From Minisyncoccota bacterium (GTDB lineage Bacteria > Patescibacteriota > Minisyncoccia > Phycocordibacterales > JABAAK01): a stretch of 43,818 nt of DNA. The DNA lies in NCBI GenBank assembly GCA_965204115.1, contig OZ241963.1, forward strand, positions 187,475 through 231,292, in the 5' to 3' direction. Of the stretch, positions 14,689-24,433 are shown in pieces (position 1 is the first letter of the stretch; every line of letters starts with the position of its first letter). The position numbers and the translations under genes are program-made. Under the pieces are notes generated by a model that was not told the DNA's origin, ran no database searches, and saw only the letters and a program-made list of their open reading frames with translations.

Positions 14689-15282
14689 CTATGCTGTGCC
14701 GAGTACATTTTTTAAAAAACTGTGCCGATGAATGGGGCTTGGGCCGTGTTCTTTGATCATTTCCCGATGGTGTTTTGTGGCGTATCCTTTGTGTCGTTCA
14801 AAGCCGTAGGCGGGAAATTGTTCGCTGAGTTTGCACATTGTGTCGTCGCGGGATTCTTTGGCAATGATTGAGGCGAGTGAGATAAGTGGGTTTTTTTCAT
14901 CTCCTTTAATAATGTGCGTCGCGTTATATTCCTCCGGTATCGGCAAGCCGTAGTCAGAATATACATGCGCTATCGGCTGGTGCTGCTGCAGTTTGAGCAG
15001 TGCCTCAGTTGAGGCGGTGTAGAGGGCGCGGATAATGCCGCAGGTGTCTATCTCGCCGGCGGAAACTGAGAACACGGTGCAGTGAAAGCTGTCCCGCTCC
15101 ATGGTATTGATTGCGCGGATCAGCCACTCTTGTCTTTTTTTCTGCGAAAGTTTTTTGGAATCACGAATACCGTTCAATACTTTTTCCGGTAACGCATCAT
15201 CCAGCCATTGCACCGCACATACGGTCACCGGGCCTGCCAATGGTCCACGCCCCACTTCGTCTATTCCGACGCATCCTTTCAT
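14689..15282 (-). CDS. rnhB: ribonuclease HII
   Basis: VGIDEVGRGPLAGPVTV, ...DSKKLS..., and a C-terminal GY..KHH motif (HKGYATKHH). Confidence 0.9.
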   Translation of the reverse strand: MKGCVGIDEVGRGPLAGPVTVCAVQWLDDALPEKVLNGIRDSKKLSQKKRQEWLIRAINTMERDSFHCTVFSVSAGEIDTCGIIRALYTASTEALLKLQQHQPIAHVYSDYGLPIPEEYNATHIIKGDEKNPLISLASIIAKESRDDTMCKLSEQFPAYGFERHKGYATKHHREMIKEHGPSPIHRHSFLKNVLGTA

Positions 15283-15411
15283 ATGCTCTCATTCTACACT
15301 ATGCTGAAACTGTTGTATACACCTTTTTGCCGATATTTTTGTCAATGGCTCTCAAAAAACATTATTGACAGATAGTCAAGTTGCGGGAAAGATGGTGTTC
15401 TGAAAAAGAGG

Positions 15412-15654
15412 ATGACATGCTATAGTAAATGTATGGTTATAAACTCTGAAGACACAGGTAATGATATTAAGATAGAGTTCACAAACGGACACCTTGATAA
15501 ACTTCGCAAAATAACAAAGGAGTATGGAATGAAAGGCGAGGTGCATACTATTGCCTTCCTACTTGATGTTGCAGAGCAATCAAAAGGAAAAGGGTTGTCC
15601 GTTGAATCTAAAAGATACACGCCCTCTGATGAAATGAAATATGAAAAAGAATAG
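15412..15654 (+). CDS. hypothetical small protein
   Basis: 80-aa ORF (more likely starting at MVINSEDT) in the AT-rich cassette. It overlaps the next ORF by 14 nt. Confidence 0.35.
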   Translation: MTCYSKCMVINSEDTGNDIKIEFTNGHLDKLRKITKEYGMKGEVHTIAFLLDVAEQSKGKGLSVESKRYTPSDEMKYEKE

Positions 15655-15889
15655 AACAAAAGATACAATTACTGATGAGCAGAGGGATACATTTGTTGCG
15701 CATGAGGATTTTGATGATAGATTTTTTCACCTAATGAAGGAAAGCAAGGAAGTGGATAGAATAATTGAAGCATCGGTGAAAGATTGCCTTAAAAAACATT
15801 GGATGACAATGGCGTATCATTTGGTTATTCTTTCAGCTGCAGTATATGGTATTGCTAATTTTTTTACTAAAACAGCCTTGTCGGCATAG
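15641..15889 (+). CDS. hypothetical small protein with C-terminal TM helix
   Basis: 82 aa with an acidic N-terminus and a C-terminal hydrophobic helix MAYHLVILSAAVYGIANFF. Confidence 0.4.
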   Translation: MKKNRTKDTITDEQRDTFVAHEDFDDRFFHLMKESKEVDRIIEASVKDCLKKHWMTMAYHLVILSAAVYGIANFFTKTALSA

Positions 15890-16176
15890 AGGTAATTAAA
15901 TATATACAATTCCCTATTTTAATAAAGAATTTTCTTGATGAAAATTTGTTACCTAAATCTGAGAAATTTCTGCACGGAAGAAAAGATATTGTCAGAGAAT
16001 TTTGGTTTGTTGTATGGTGTGTTCACAAAGATGATAAGAATTCTTTTGATCCAGAAGAATATTTGAATTTGAAAGTGATTTCTAAAGAACGCAATAGTTT
16101 TAGAGATAGTTCAGATTGTAAGATTGGATTAAGAAGTTTTGGACATTTAGATTGACTTAAATAGGTGTTGAAGTGA

Positions 16177-16182
16177 TATACT
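16177..16182 (+). promoter_or_regulatory. candidate extended -10 (TGATATACT) just upstream of the MTase start
   Basis: TATACT lies 4 nt before ATG 16187 and 10 nt before ATG 16193. TTGACT is 19 nt upstream. Confidence 0.4.
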
Positions 16183-16186
16183 GAAT

Positions 16187-17131
16187 ATGTTTATGGAAAC
16201 AGTAATATCATCTAGAAATAAGACCTTGCGTTTGAGTGAAAATGATATGGATTTTTTGGATAAATATGTAATCACTATTAATAGAAAAACGCAATTGGAT
16301 GAAATAGAGAATAAAATCTTACATCAGGATGTTTTTGAGACACTTGATCTCTTGCCTGATAATTTTATTGATCTTGTATTTGCAGATCCACCATATAATA
16401 TAGATAAAAGGTTTAATGAGGTTGTTTTTAAGAAAATGAATATACAATCATATGAGGAATATACGGATCAATGGATGTCTAGATTAAAGAACAAACTAAC
16501 TAAAGATGCATCACTGTATATATGTGGTGATTGGCGTTCAAGTGCTGTTTTATATCACGTTTTGAATAAATACTTTACTATAAAAAATAGAATAACTTTT
16601 GAACGAGAAAAAGGGAGAGGTGCAAAGACAAATTATAAAAACTGCTCTGAAGACATATTCTTTTGTGTTAATTCTAATAATTATACATTTAATGTTGATA
16701 CAGTAAAGCTAAGAAAAAAAGTTATTGCTCCATATAAGGAAAATGGAAAACCAAAAGACTGGGAAATTGGTTTTGGCGGTGTTGGTTATAGAGATACTTA
16801 CCCTTCAAATCTTTGGACAGATATAACTATTCCATTTTGGTCTATGAAAGAAAACACGGAACATCCCACACAGAAACCAGAGAAATTACTAGCAAAAATC
16901 ATTTTGGCGAGTTCAAACAAAGATGATGTGGTGTTTGACCCATTCCTTGGTTCAGGCACCACTTCTGTTGTTGCCTCAAAATTAGGAAGAAGGCATGTTG
17001 GTATTGAGGTTGATAAGAAATATTGTCTTATCTCTCAAAAAAGATTACAAGAAGCGGAAAAAGATGATAGCATACAGGGATACATTGATGGTATTTTTTG
17101 GGAAAGAAACGCATTCAATAAATCTATATGA
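16187..17131 (+). CDS. beta-class N6-adenine/N4-cytosine DNA methyltransferase
   Basis: Motif IV DLVFADPPYN precedes motif I VVFDPFLGSGTTSVVA. This permuted order is typical of the beta class (N6_N4_Mtase family). Confidence 0.85.
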   Translation: MFMETVISSRNKTLRLSENDMDFLDKYVITINRKTQLDEIENKILHQDVFETLDLLPDNFIDLVFADPPYNIDKRFNEVVFKKMNIQSYEEYTDQWMSRLKNKLTKDASLYICGDWRSSAVLYHVLNKYFTIKNRITFEREKGRGAKTNYKNCSEDIFFCVNSNNYTFNVDTVKLRKKVIAPYKENGKPKDWEIGFGGVGYRDTYPSNLWTDITIPFWSMKENTEHPTQKPEKLLAKIILASSNKDDVVFDPFLGSGTTSVVASKLGRRHVGIEVDKKYCLISQKRLQEAEKDDSIQGYIDGIFWERNAFNKSI

Positions 17132-17808
17132 CAAAAAATATCTTTTCTAGAAAATTACATACAAAGATTGAAAAAAGGGTAAAAGAGCTTTTAATTTCTC
17201 AGCCGGATTTTTTATCTGAACAAACACTACAAAGTCCACGAGCGGTTGGCGATGCTATACAGAATATATTAGAAAAAGATTTTCAAGAAATAATCAGTGA
17301 TTTATTGCAAAATAATTCTCGTGTTAAAGAATATTCGGCATCATTTGCAAGGAGAGCAATGGCCGATATTGCCTTTTATGATGAGGATGAAAACTATTAT
17401 ATTGTTGATGTCAAAACACATAGGCTGGATACTAAATTTAATATGCCTAATCTCACATCTGTTGAGCGGTTGAGCAGGTTTTATGAAGATGATAAGAATA
17501 ATTTTGTCATATTAAAGATTGACTATGAGATTCAAAATAATAATTTAGAGATCAAAAGAGTGTTATTTAAGTTGATAGAATATTTTTCTTGGGAATGCTT
17601 GACACTTGGAGCATTAGGCTGGGGGCAAATACAAATAGCAAATTCAAACATAATTAAGATTGCAGAAAACCAATTACGAAGAGAATGGATGTTGGAAATG
17701 TGCAATAACTTACTTGAATTTTATCCAAAAGAAATAGAAAAAATCAACGTAAGAATTGAACACTTTAAGAAAGTGAGAAAGTTTTGGGAAAACAAAAAAT
17801 GCCTATGA
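17128..17808 (+). CDS. putative type II restriction endonuclease (PD-(D/E)xK-like)
   Basis: ATGA overlap with the MTase stop. Candidate catalytic core is ADIAFYDEDENYYIVDVKTH (D...D-V-K). Confidence 0.55.
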   Translation: MTKNIFSRKLHTKIEKRVKELLISQPDFLSEQTLQSPRAVGDAIQNILEKDFQEIISDLLQNNSRVKEYSASFARRAMADIAFYDEDENYYIVDVKTHRLDTKFNMPNLTSVERLSRFYEDDKNNFVILKIDYEIQNNNLEIKRVLFKLIEYFSWECLTLGALGWGQIQIANSNIIKIAENQLRREWMLEMCNNLLEFYPKEIEKINVRIEHFKKVRKFWENKKCL

Positions 17809-20800
17809 GTAACCCAAAAAGAAAATTTGGGTATCTTAACACGCACAGTCATTATTCACTGTTGCGGGGGGTGGCGAAGGTGCCGGCGCTGTTGGAGCGG
17901 GCGAAGGAGGCGGGGTGTGATGCGATTGCGCTGACTGATACACACAATTTATACGGAGCGATTGATTTCTATAAAAAGGCGCAGGAGGCGGGGATTCGTC
18001 CGATTTTGGGTGTGACGCTTTTCGTTCGCGAGGGTGGTGCCGCGCAGCACACCCCTATCGTCCTGCTTGCGGAAAGTAAACAGGGGTATCACAACCTGCT
18101 GGAGTTGATCACGCAGGCGCACTTTTCTGAGGGGAAAGTGCCTGCGCTTTCGTTGGAGCAAATCGGCAAGCGCACGGAGGGCGTTATCGCGCTGCTTCCC
18201 GCGCTGCATAATCCGGTGCAGCAGTCGCTCATCCAGCAGGACACTGCGGCTGCGGCGAAACACCTCGCTGTCTATAAAACAATATTCGGAGACAATCTCT
18301 TCATCGGCATCTCACCGCAAAACCCGACACCGAAAGACGGCACTGCGGTCACCGCGCCGACGGAAGCGCTCGTCGCGCTGGCGCGCGAACATAGTGTCGG
18401 TGTCATTCCTGCTCCGCTGATTTACCTTTTGGAGGAGAGTGATGGTGAAGCACGCGATGTTCTGCTCCGCATTCAGCGTACTACCCTTTCCAATCTTGAA
18501 GAGGAGGTGTTTGAAGATCCACTCCTCTTCCCCGACCGTGGTGCGACTGAAGCGTGGTGCGCGTCCGTCTGCCCTGAGGCGTTGCAGACCTTGTCTGATT
18601 TGATAGCGCGTATTGACTGGGAGCTGGAACTCGGCAACTGGGTTTTCCCGAATCCGCCGACCGGCGGCGACACCCGCAGTCATGAGGAGATACTGCGCGA
18701 CCATGTGGAGCAGGGGTATGCCCGTCGTGAATTGCAGAAAACACCCGAGATGGAGGAGCGGGTTAATTTTGAACTCGGTGTTATCAACGACCGCGGCTAC
18801 ACCGACTACTTTCTCTCGGTGATTGATCTCATCAGGTACATGCACAGTAACGGCATTATCACCACCACGCGCGGTTCTGCTGCCGGTTCTTTTGTGTCGT
18901 ACTTGGCGGGGATAACGAATGTTGATCCGATAGAGTATCAACTCCCGTTTGAGCGCTTTCTCAATCCGTTCCGCCCTTCCCCGCCGGATATTGATATGGA
19001 TATCGCTGACAACCGCCGCAATGAAGTTATTGATTACATCCTTGACTGCTACGGTAAGGAGAAGGTGGCGCAAATCGGCACCCTGGGGACGATGATGGCG
19101 CGGGCGGCGGTTCGTGATACTGCCCGTGGGCTTGGCTATTCATATATGAGCGGTGATCGCATCGCTAAACTCATTCCGCTCGGCGCGCAGGGTGCTCCGA
19201 TGTATATAGATACCGCCCTTGAGCTGGAGAAAGAGCTGCGTGATTTGCACAACAGTGATGAAACGGTGCAGCACATCATTCGTGTCGCTAAAAAAATAGA
19301 GGGGAATGCCCGGCACATCTCGGTGCACGCTGCCGGTGTGGTCATCTCTCCGAGCACCGCAGCCGCCTATACCCCGCTTGAACGCGATCCGAAAGGAGTG
19401 TCCGACCGCCCTATCACCCAGTACGATATGCACGCTGTGGAAGATGCAGGGTTGCTCAAGTTTGATATTCTCGGACTCACCAACCTCGCTATTCTCGCCG
19501 GCGCTATTGATCTGACTAAGCAGGACAAAGGGGTGACCGTTGATGTGGAGAAAATACCGATTGATGATCGGGACACCTATGACTTGATCGGTAAGGGGTA
19601 TACCATCGGCGTGTTTCAGCTTGGCGGCAGCGGGATGACGGCTGTTCTCAAGCGGATGAAACCGACTACGCTGTATGACATTGCCGCGATTGTCGCGCTG
19701 TATCGTCCGGGGCCGATGGGTAATATAGATGAGTACATCGCCCGTAAGCAGGGTAAGCGACCCGCCTCCTATATCCACCCGAAAATGGAGTCCTATCTCA
19801 AAAATTCATACGGTGTGCTGGTGTACCAGGACGATCTTCTCTACACCGCTATTGAGATTGCCGGCTACGACTGGAAAGAGGTGGATGTGTTTCGGAAGGC
19901 GGTCGGTAAGAAAATTCCAGAGCTGATGGCGGAGCAGGAAAAGGTGTTTAAAAAACGCGCTCAAGAGCTCAGCGGGCTTTCAGATGCGCAGGCGAATAAG
20001 CTGTGGGATTCGTTTGACCCGTTTAAGGGGTATGGTTTTAATAAAGCGCATGCGATGAGCTATGCGAAAGTCGCCTACCAAACAGCATATATGAAGGTGC
20101 ACTACCCCGCGCAGTATATGACCGCGCACCTTACTGCCGTCTCCGGGGAAACGGAAAATGTCGCCGACCTGGTGTATGAATCAAAGCGTATCGGGCTCAC
20201 CGTGCTGGCACCGGGGCTGAATGAATCGGCTGTCTCGTTCAGCACTGAGCAGAACGGCACACCCAAGGAGAGCATTCGTATCGGGCTGGAGACCATCAAG
20301 CAAGTCGGCACCGCCGTTGCAAATGCTATTGTTTCAGAACGGGAAAAAGGAGGTCGCTACACCACACTGGAGGACTTCTTTACCCGCATCGGTCCGTACC
20401 GGGTTATTAATAAGCGTAGTTTGGAGGCGCTCATCAAGACGGGTGTTTTTGACTTATTTGACAAGCGAGATGTGCTGCTGGAAAATATAGACCTCCTTTT
20501 GGAGTGCACTCGGGACACCCGAGCCGGTGAACAGCAGCACGCTCTTTTTGACAGTGCGGAAAATGTTTCACTGGAGCTGCAGCCCGCTCAGTCGCCGATC
20601 AGCAAAGCGCAGGAGTTGTACTGGGAAAAAGAACTCCTCGGTGTCTATGTCTCTGGGCATCCGCTTGACCTCTGCCAGCGGGATGGATTGCACCTGCGTG
20701 ATTTGCAGCGAAGAGAGGAGAAGAGCAAAGTCGTGGTTACCGCTGTCATCAGTGACTTGAAACCGTTCAGAAGTAAATCAGGTAAAAAAATGTATTTCCT

Positions 20801-21083
20801 CACGCTTGAGGACGATCATAATAATAAAATAGAGGGGGTGTATTTCTTTCCGGAGGATCAGGAAGAGGCTGCGGAGGCAGAAGAGCAGTACGAGCCCCTC
20901 CTTGCCCCGTACCGTCCGGTCAAAATCCGCGGCAGTATCTCATTGAGAAACGATGAAACTACTATTCGTATAGATAGCGTGGAAAATCCGACACCGCTGC
21001 CCGCACAGCAAGCACCCGAAGCTGTGGTTACCGCAGCACCAACTGTCAGCACTACTCCCCAAACCACACCAACTCTTGTATAA
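17805..21083 (+). CDS. dnaE: DNA polymerase III alpha subunit
   Basis: PHP domain YLNTHSHYSLLRG plus PPDIDMDI, GLLKFDILGL, FNKAHAMSYA and an OB fold. The start is ambiguous (ATGs at 17784, 17799 and 17805), and all options overlap the nuclease 3' end. Confidence 0.95.
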   Translation: MSNPKRKFGYLNTHSHYSLLRGVAKVPALLERAKEAGCDAIALTDTHNLYGAIDFYKKAQEAGIRPILGVTLFVREGGAAQHTPIVLLAESKQGYHNLLELITQAHFSEGKVPALSLEQIGKRTEGVIALLPALHNPVQQSLIQQDTAAAAKHLAVYKTIFGDNLFIGISPQNPTPKDGTAVTAPTEALVALAREHSVGVIPAPLIYLLEESDGEARDVLLRIQRTTLSNLEEEVFEDPLLFPDRGATEAWCASVCPEALQTLSDLIARIDWELELGNWVFPNPPTGGDTRSHEEILRDHVEQGYARRELQKTPEMEERVNFELGVINDRGYTDYFLSVIDLIRYMHSNGIITTTRGSAAGSFVSYLAGITNVDPIEYQLPFERFLNPFRPSPPDIDMDIADNRRNEVIDYILDCYGKEKVAQIGTLGTMMARAAVRDTARGLGYSYMSGDRIAKLIPLGAQGAPMYIDTALELEKELRDLHNSDETVQHIIRVAKKIEGNARHISVHAAGVVISPSTAAAYTPLERDPKGVSDRPITQYDMHAVEDAGLLKFDILGLTNLAILAGAIDLTKQDKGVTVDVEKIPIDDRDTYDLIGKGYTIGVFQLGGSGMTAVLKRMKPTTLYDIAAIVALYRPGPMGNIDEYIARKQGKRPASYIHPKMESYLKNSYGVLVYQDDLLYTAIEIAGYDWKEVDVFRKAVGKKIPELMAEQEKVFKKRAQELSGLSDAQANKLWDSFDPFKGYGFNKAHAMSYAKVAYQTAYMKVHYPAQYMTAHLTAVSGETENVADLVYESKRIGLTVLAPGLNESAVSFSTEQNGTPKESIRIGLETIKQVGTAVANAIVSEREKGGRYTTLEDFFTRIGPYRVINKRSLEALIKTGVFDLFDKRDVLLENIDLLLECTRDTRAGEQQHALFDSAENVSLELQPAQSPISKAQELYWEKELLGVYVSGHPLDLCQRDGLHLRDLQRREEKSKVVVTAVISDLKPFRSKSGKKMYFLTLEDDHNNKIEGVYFFPEDQEEAAEAEEQYEPLLAPYRPVKIRGSISLRNDETTIRIDSVENPTPLPAQQAPEAVVTAAPTVSTTPQTTPTLV

Positions 21084-21093
21084 AAATAATGAC

Positions 21094-21121
21094 GGCAGGT
21101 TTGCTTGTGTGCAAACCTGCC
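21094..21121. terminator. bidirectional terminator hairpin
   Basis: GGCAGGTTTGC-TTGTGT-GCAAACCTGCC between convergent genes. Confidence 0.6.
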
Positions 21122-21143
21122 GCTATTCTCTTGCAAAAAACAA

Positions 21144-21602
21144 TTATGCCAGAGCATGCTCGGTAATGAGACGCTTCATCTTCTTCACATAGCCAGTTTT
21201 TCCTACCTCTTTGTATACGGCCAACTCTCTCAAAACCAGACGCTTTGCATACTCATGAGGAACCCTCGTGGCATGCGGGAAGCCCTCTTTTCTGCTCGTC
21301 AGAAAGGGCAGAAGACGGTTTTTGATCATCTTGTCCAGTCGCCTCGAAGCAACCCACTCTCCATTTCCGTTGCGATAGAGGGATATGATTTTCTCATAGA
21401 CGAAACCCAGGTCATCAGATTCTTTCCGTGCGAATTCGGCCACAAGAAAATATTTACTGTTGGCGACACCACCAAAAAAGACAGCGTCAGAAATATGCCC
21501 TTTGACCAGTTCCACCTCAGGTGAGAAGGTGACTTCCCCGGTTACCGAAGGTATATCCCCCGCTAAAAAAGCATCAATATCTTCAAATGTTGCTGTATCC
21601 AT
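21144..21602 (-). CDS. hypothetical protein
   Basis: 152-aa ORF with backbone-like composition and no recognisable motif. Confidence 0.5.
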   Translation of the reverse strand: MDTATFEDIDAFLAGDIPSVTGEVTFSPEVELVKGHISDAVFFGGVANSKYFLVAEFARKESDDLGFVYEKIISLYRNGNGEWVASRRLDKMIKNRLLPFLTSRKEGFPHATRVPHEYAKRLVLRELAVYKEVGKTGYVKKMKRLITEHALA

Positions 21603-21713
21603 TATTCTACCTCCTTGATAAAATGTATACCTCTATAGTATATGCCGACACCGTCATTCTCACAAATCTGAAACTAAAAAACACAAAACAAGCCCTGTCA
21701 ACCGAGAAATACT

Positions 21714-22187
21714 CTAAGCCGGACACGAGCCGGCTCCATGCTTCTGCACATACTTTTGATGATACCCCTCTGCCTCGTGAAATGGCGCAGCCGGCACAAC
21801 ATCCGTCATGATCGGTGACTTGTATACTCCTAATTCCTGCAGTGCCTTTTTTGATTTTTCCGCCTCTTCTTTTTGAGCGTCGTTGTGGTAGAAAATGACT
21901 GAGTGGTATTGCTCCCCCACATCAAGCCCCTGGCGGTTTGCCGTTGTCGGATCGTGCATACTCCAAAATGCCTTTACCAGTTGCTCGTACGATACCTGCT
22001 CAGGATCAAACACCACCTCAACCGCTTCTTTGTGTCCGGTGCCGCCGCCGCAGACCATCTCGTAGGTCGGCTTTTCGGCAGTGCCTCCGGTGTAGCCAAC
22101 CCGCGTCTCTACCACGCCGGGTATTTTCATAAACTTATCCTCCACACCCCAAAAACATCCTGCTGCAAATGTTGCTTTTTCTTTCAT
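21714..22187 (-). CDS. msrA: peptide-methionine (S)-S-oxide reductase
   Basis: ATFAAGCFWGVE active site plus GYTGG and HDPT motifs. The start is placed at MKEKATF. Confidence 0.9.
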   Translation of the reverse strand: MKEKATFAAGCFWGVEDKFMKIPGVVETRVGYTGGTAEKPTYEMVCGGGTGHKEAVEVVFDPEQVSYEQLVKAFWSMHDPTTANRQGLDVGEQYHSVIFYHNDAQKEEAEKSKKALQELGVYKSPIMTDVVPAAPFHEAEGYHQKYVQKHGAGSCPA

Positions 22188-22300
22188 GTTACATTTAGTA
22201 TACGCCACCAACGCGACCTCCTGTCAATTTGTGCGATAAAGAGAGGGTGGGCAAGCAGTCGCATTTATGTTAAAATGAAGAATAGAAAGGAGGGACTTGT

Positions 22301-22729
22301 ATGCGTCTCTTGTTATGCTTGTTTCTGTGCGCTGTAATGATTTTTTCCTGTCTTGTTGCTGGTTGCGGCGGAACGCCTCAACTTAATTATCAGCCTGATA
22401 ATCTGAAACAGTTACTAATATCTGTCGATGGTGCGTGGCCAGCCGCACTTGCTTGGGAGCAATGTAAACAAAGCAGAGAAATTGACTCTGGGCACTACAG
22501 AAGAGAAGATAGTCAAAGGCGGTTGATCAAAACCCTTGAAAAAAATCTTTTAAACCCCGAACAAATACTGAGATGGCCCTATATTCCTACACCTCAGGAA
22601 CAATGGGGATATAATATGTTTGGTTACCTTGTATTCACACCAGCAGAAAATTTTTTACCTAGTGAGGCAAAAACCCCTTCTCCCGAGGATCTGCTGCTTC
22701 TGAAAGAATTTTGGGGAATAGAAGACTAA
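22301..22729 (+). CDS. putative lipoprotein
   Basis: Signal peptide with lipobox LVAGC (MRLLLCLFLCAVMIFSCLVAGCGG). Confidence 0.6.
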   Translation: MRLLLCLFLCAVMIFSCLVAGCGGTPQLNYQPDNLKQLLISVDGAWPAALAWEQCKQSREIDSGHYRREDSQRRLIKTLEKNLLNPEQILRWPYIPTPQEQWGYNMFGYLVFTPAENFLPSEAKTPSPEDLLLLKEFWGIED

Positions 22730-22731
22730 TA

Positions 22732-22762
22732 AAAAGCGGTGCCTTTTCAGCACCGCTTTTTT
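22732..22762. terminator. intrinsic terminator
   Basis: AAAAGCGGTGC-CTTTTCA-GCACCGCTTTTTT. Confidence 0.7.
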
Positions 22763-22784
22763 CATATTATTTATAGTATACCCT

Positions 22785-22855
22785 GTCGGACTGCCGGGAA
22801 TCGAACCCGGACCACACGCACCCCATGCGTGCACACTACCACTATGCTACAGTCC
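22785..22855 (-). tRNA. tRNA-Pro (anticodon GGG)
   Basis: Manual fold of the minus strand: acceptor CGGACTG/CAGTCCG, anticodon arm CACGC-ATGGGGT-GCGTG, T arm CCGGG-TTCGATT-CCCGG. No CCA is encoded and the D stem is weak. Confidence 0.8.
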
Positions 22856-22945
22856 GTACTTTCAGTATACAAAACCCTGCGGCGTGTATAGCGTGTTTTC
22901 TGCGGCACTGGAAGAAACTCTATTTACGGTATATAGTGGTGGTAT

Positions 22946-24433
22946 ATGGCGCAGAAGGAGGAAGCGTACATCTCAGCGAAGGATATCATTACCGCGATGC
23001 GGCGGACATGTGGTGCCGAGGAGAAAAAGATGATTAAGGAGGCGTGCGCGTTCGCGCAGGAAAAACATAGCGAGCAAACCCGCTATTCCGGTGAGCCGTA
23101 CTACACACACCCGTTTGAGGTCGGGAGGATGCTGGCGGAGATCGGGATGTCGGTGGAGGTTGTTGTTGCAGGAGTGCTGCATGATACTATTGAGGACACC
23201 GATACGACAGTACGCGAGTTGGAGCGAGCGTTCGGGAAAAAGGTGGCGTTTTTTGTGGATGGCGTGAGCCACCTCGGGAAGGTGCGGTATCAAGGACTTG
23301 CGATGCGGGTGAAGTCGCTGCAAAAACTCCTGGTTGCCACCTCAAAGGACATTCGGGTTATTATCATCAAGCTGATGGATCGGCTGCATAATATGCGCAC
23401 CCTTGATGCGGTGCCGAAATCAAAGCAAAAGCGTATTGCCAAAGAGACACAGCAGGTGTATGCGCCGATTGCCGACCGGCTCGGTATGGGTACGCTGAAG
23501 ACAGAATTAGAAGAGATCGCGTTTAAGCATATTGATCCGTCGGCCTATGCCGAGATGAAAAAAGAGATTGATACTGCTATTGGGTCAATCTCAATGAGTG
23601 ACATTGAAAAGAAGGTGAAAAAAATACTGACCGATATGGACATTACTGACGCGACTATCTCGTCCCGTATCAAGAGTGTGTACAGCACCTTTATGAAAAT
23701 GCGGCACAAAAAGTATGCGCTGGAACAGGTGCACGATTTAGCGGCGTTGCGTATCCTGGTGCACACCATACCGGACGCATATAATGTGCTGGGCATTCTG
23801 CATGCGGAGTGGCGCTCTATTCCCGGGGCGTTTAAAGATTATATTTCACTCCCGAAGCCGAACGGCTACCAGGCACTGCACACGCGAATCCTCATAGACA
23901 AGCATATCCTTGAGGTGCAGATACTGACGCATGAGATGTACCGGCATGCTCAGTTCGGTGTTGCCGCGCACTTTTCGTACAAAGATAAGCGGCACGGGAC
24001 GATGAGTTTAGAGCTGGAGTGGTTTGATAAATTGCTCGCCAACAAAAAAGGTGCGAAGCGAGTGCCGTGGACAGAGCGCATTACTGCTATGCAGCGGGAA
24101 ACAACTGATGATCCGGACTTCATGGACACGATGCAGGCGGACTTCCTGCAGGAGCGGATGTTTATCTTCACCCCGAAAGGCGAGGTGGTTGACCTGCCGA
24201 AAAATTCAACACCGATTGACTTCGCTTTTGCTATCCATAGCGACATCGGCAAGCACGCCGAAGGTGCGTTTGTTAACGGCAAGTATGTCTCCCTCCGCCA
24301 TGAACTGCAAAACGGCGATGTGGTTAATATCAAAGCCGGCAAAAAGGTGACGGTAAATAAGAAGTGGCTGGACTGGGTTAAAACGACCGAAGCCCGCTCA
24401 CGCATTCGTCAATTTACAAAGAAAAATTCTTAA
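22946..24433 (+). CDS. bifunctional (p)ppGpp synthetase/hydrolase, short Rel/SpoT homolog
   Basis: HD domain (HPFEV...LHDTIEDT), RelA/SpoT synthetase region (YSTFMKM...ALRILV...GYQALHT) and a TGS domain (FTPKGEVVDLPKNSTPIDFAFAIHSDIG). The protein ends after TGS. Confidence 0.9.
   Translation: MAQKEEAYISAKDIITAMRRTCGAEEKKMIKEACAFAQEKHSEQTRYSGEPYYTHPFEVGRMLAEIGMSVEVVVAGVLHDTIEDTDTTVRELERAFGKKVAFFVDGVSHLGKVRYQGLAMRVKSLQKLLVATSKDIRVIIIKLMDRLHNMRTLDAVPKSKQKRIAKETQQVYAPIADRLGMGTLKTELEEIAFKHIDPSAYAEMKKEIDTAIGSISMSDIEKKVKKILTDMDITDATISSRIKSVYSTFMKMRHKKYALEQVHDLAALRILVHTIPDAYNVLGILHAEWRSIPGAFKDYISLPKPNGYQALHTRILIDKHILEVQILTHEMYRHAQFGVAAHFSYKDKRHGTMSLELEWFDKLLANKKGAKRVPWTERITAMQRETTDDPDFMDTMQADFLQERMFIFTPKGEVVDLPKNSTPIDFAFAIHSDIGKHAEGAFVNGKYVSLRHELQNGDVVNIKAGKKVTVNKKWLDWVKTTEARSRIRQFTKKNS

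Larger units (their letters stand above)
15300..17808. mobile_element. AT-rich restriction-modification cassette inserted between rnhB and dnaE
   Basis: Composition shifts sharply at both ends. The segment holds small ORFs plus an overlapping MTase and nuclease pair. No mobility gene is present. Confidence 0.45.

Noticed and set aside
15938-16155. Small ORFs upstream of the MTase (MKICYLNLRNF..., 42 aa, and the TTG-initiated 69-aa ORF) as remnants of an ATPase gene.
   Set aside because: The N-terminus only vaguely recalls SMC/RecF-like starts. No Walker A motif follows, the two frames are not obviously joinable, and the evidence is too thin to call a pseudogene.
17949-20311. Numerous 60-250-aa ORFs on the opposite strand or in other frames inside dnaE. 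Similar ORFs occur inside uvrB, pyrG, parB, rel and miaA (for example 18312-19073, 19140-19778, 34213-35235).
   Set aside because: They are embedded in well-supported conserved genes, have Arg/Ser/Pro-rich GC-artefact composition, and contain no motifs. These are typical shadow ORFs of GC-rich coding DNA.
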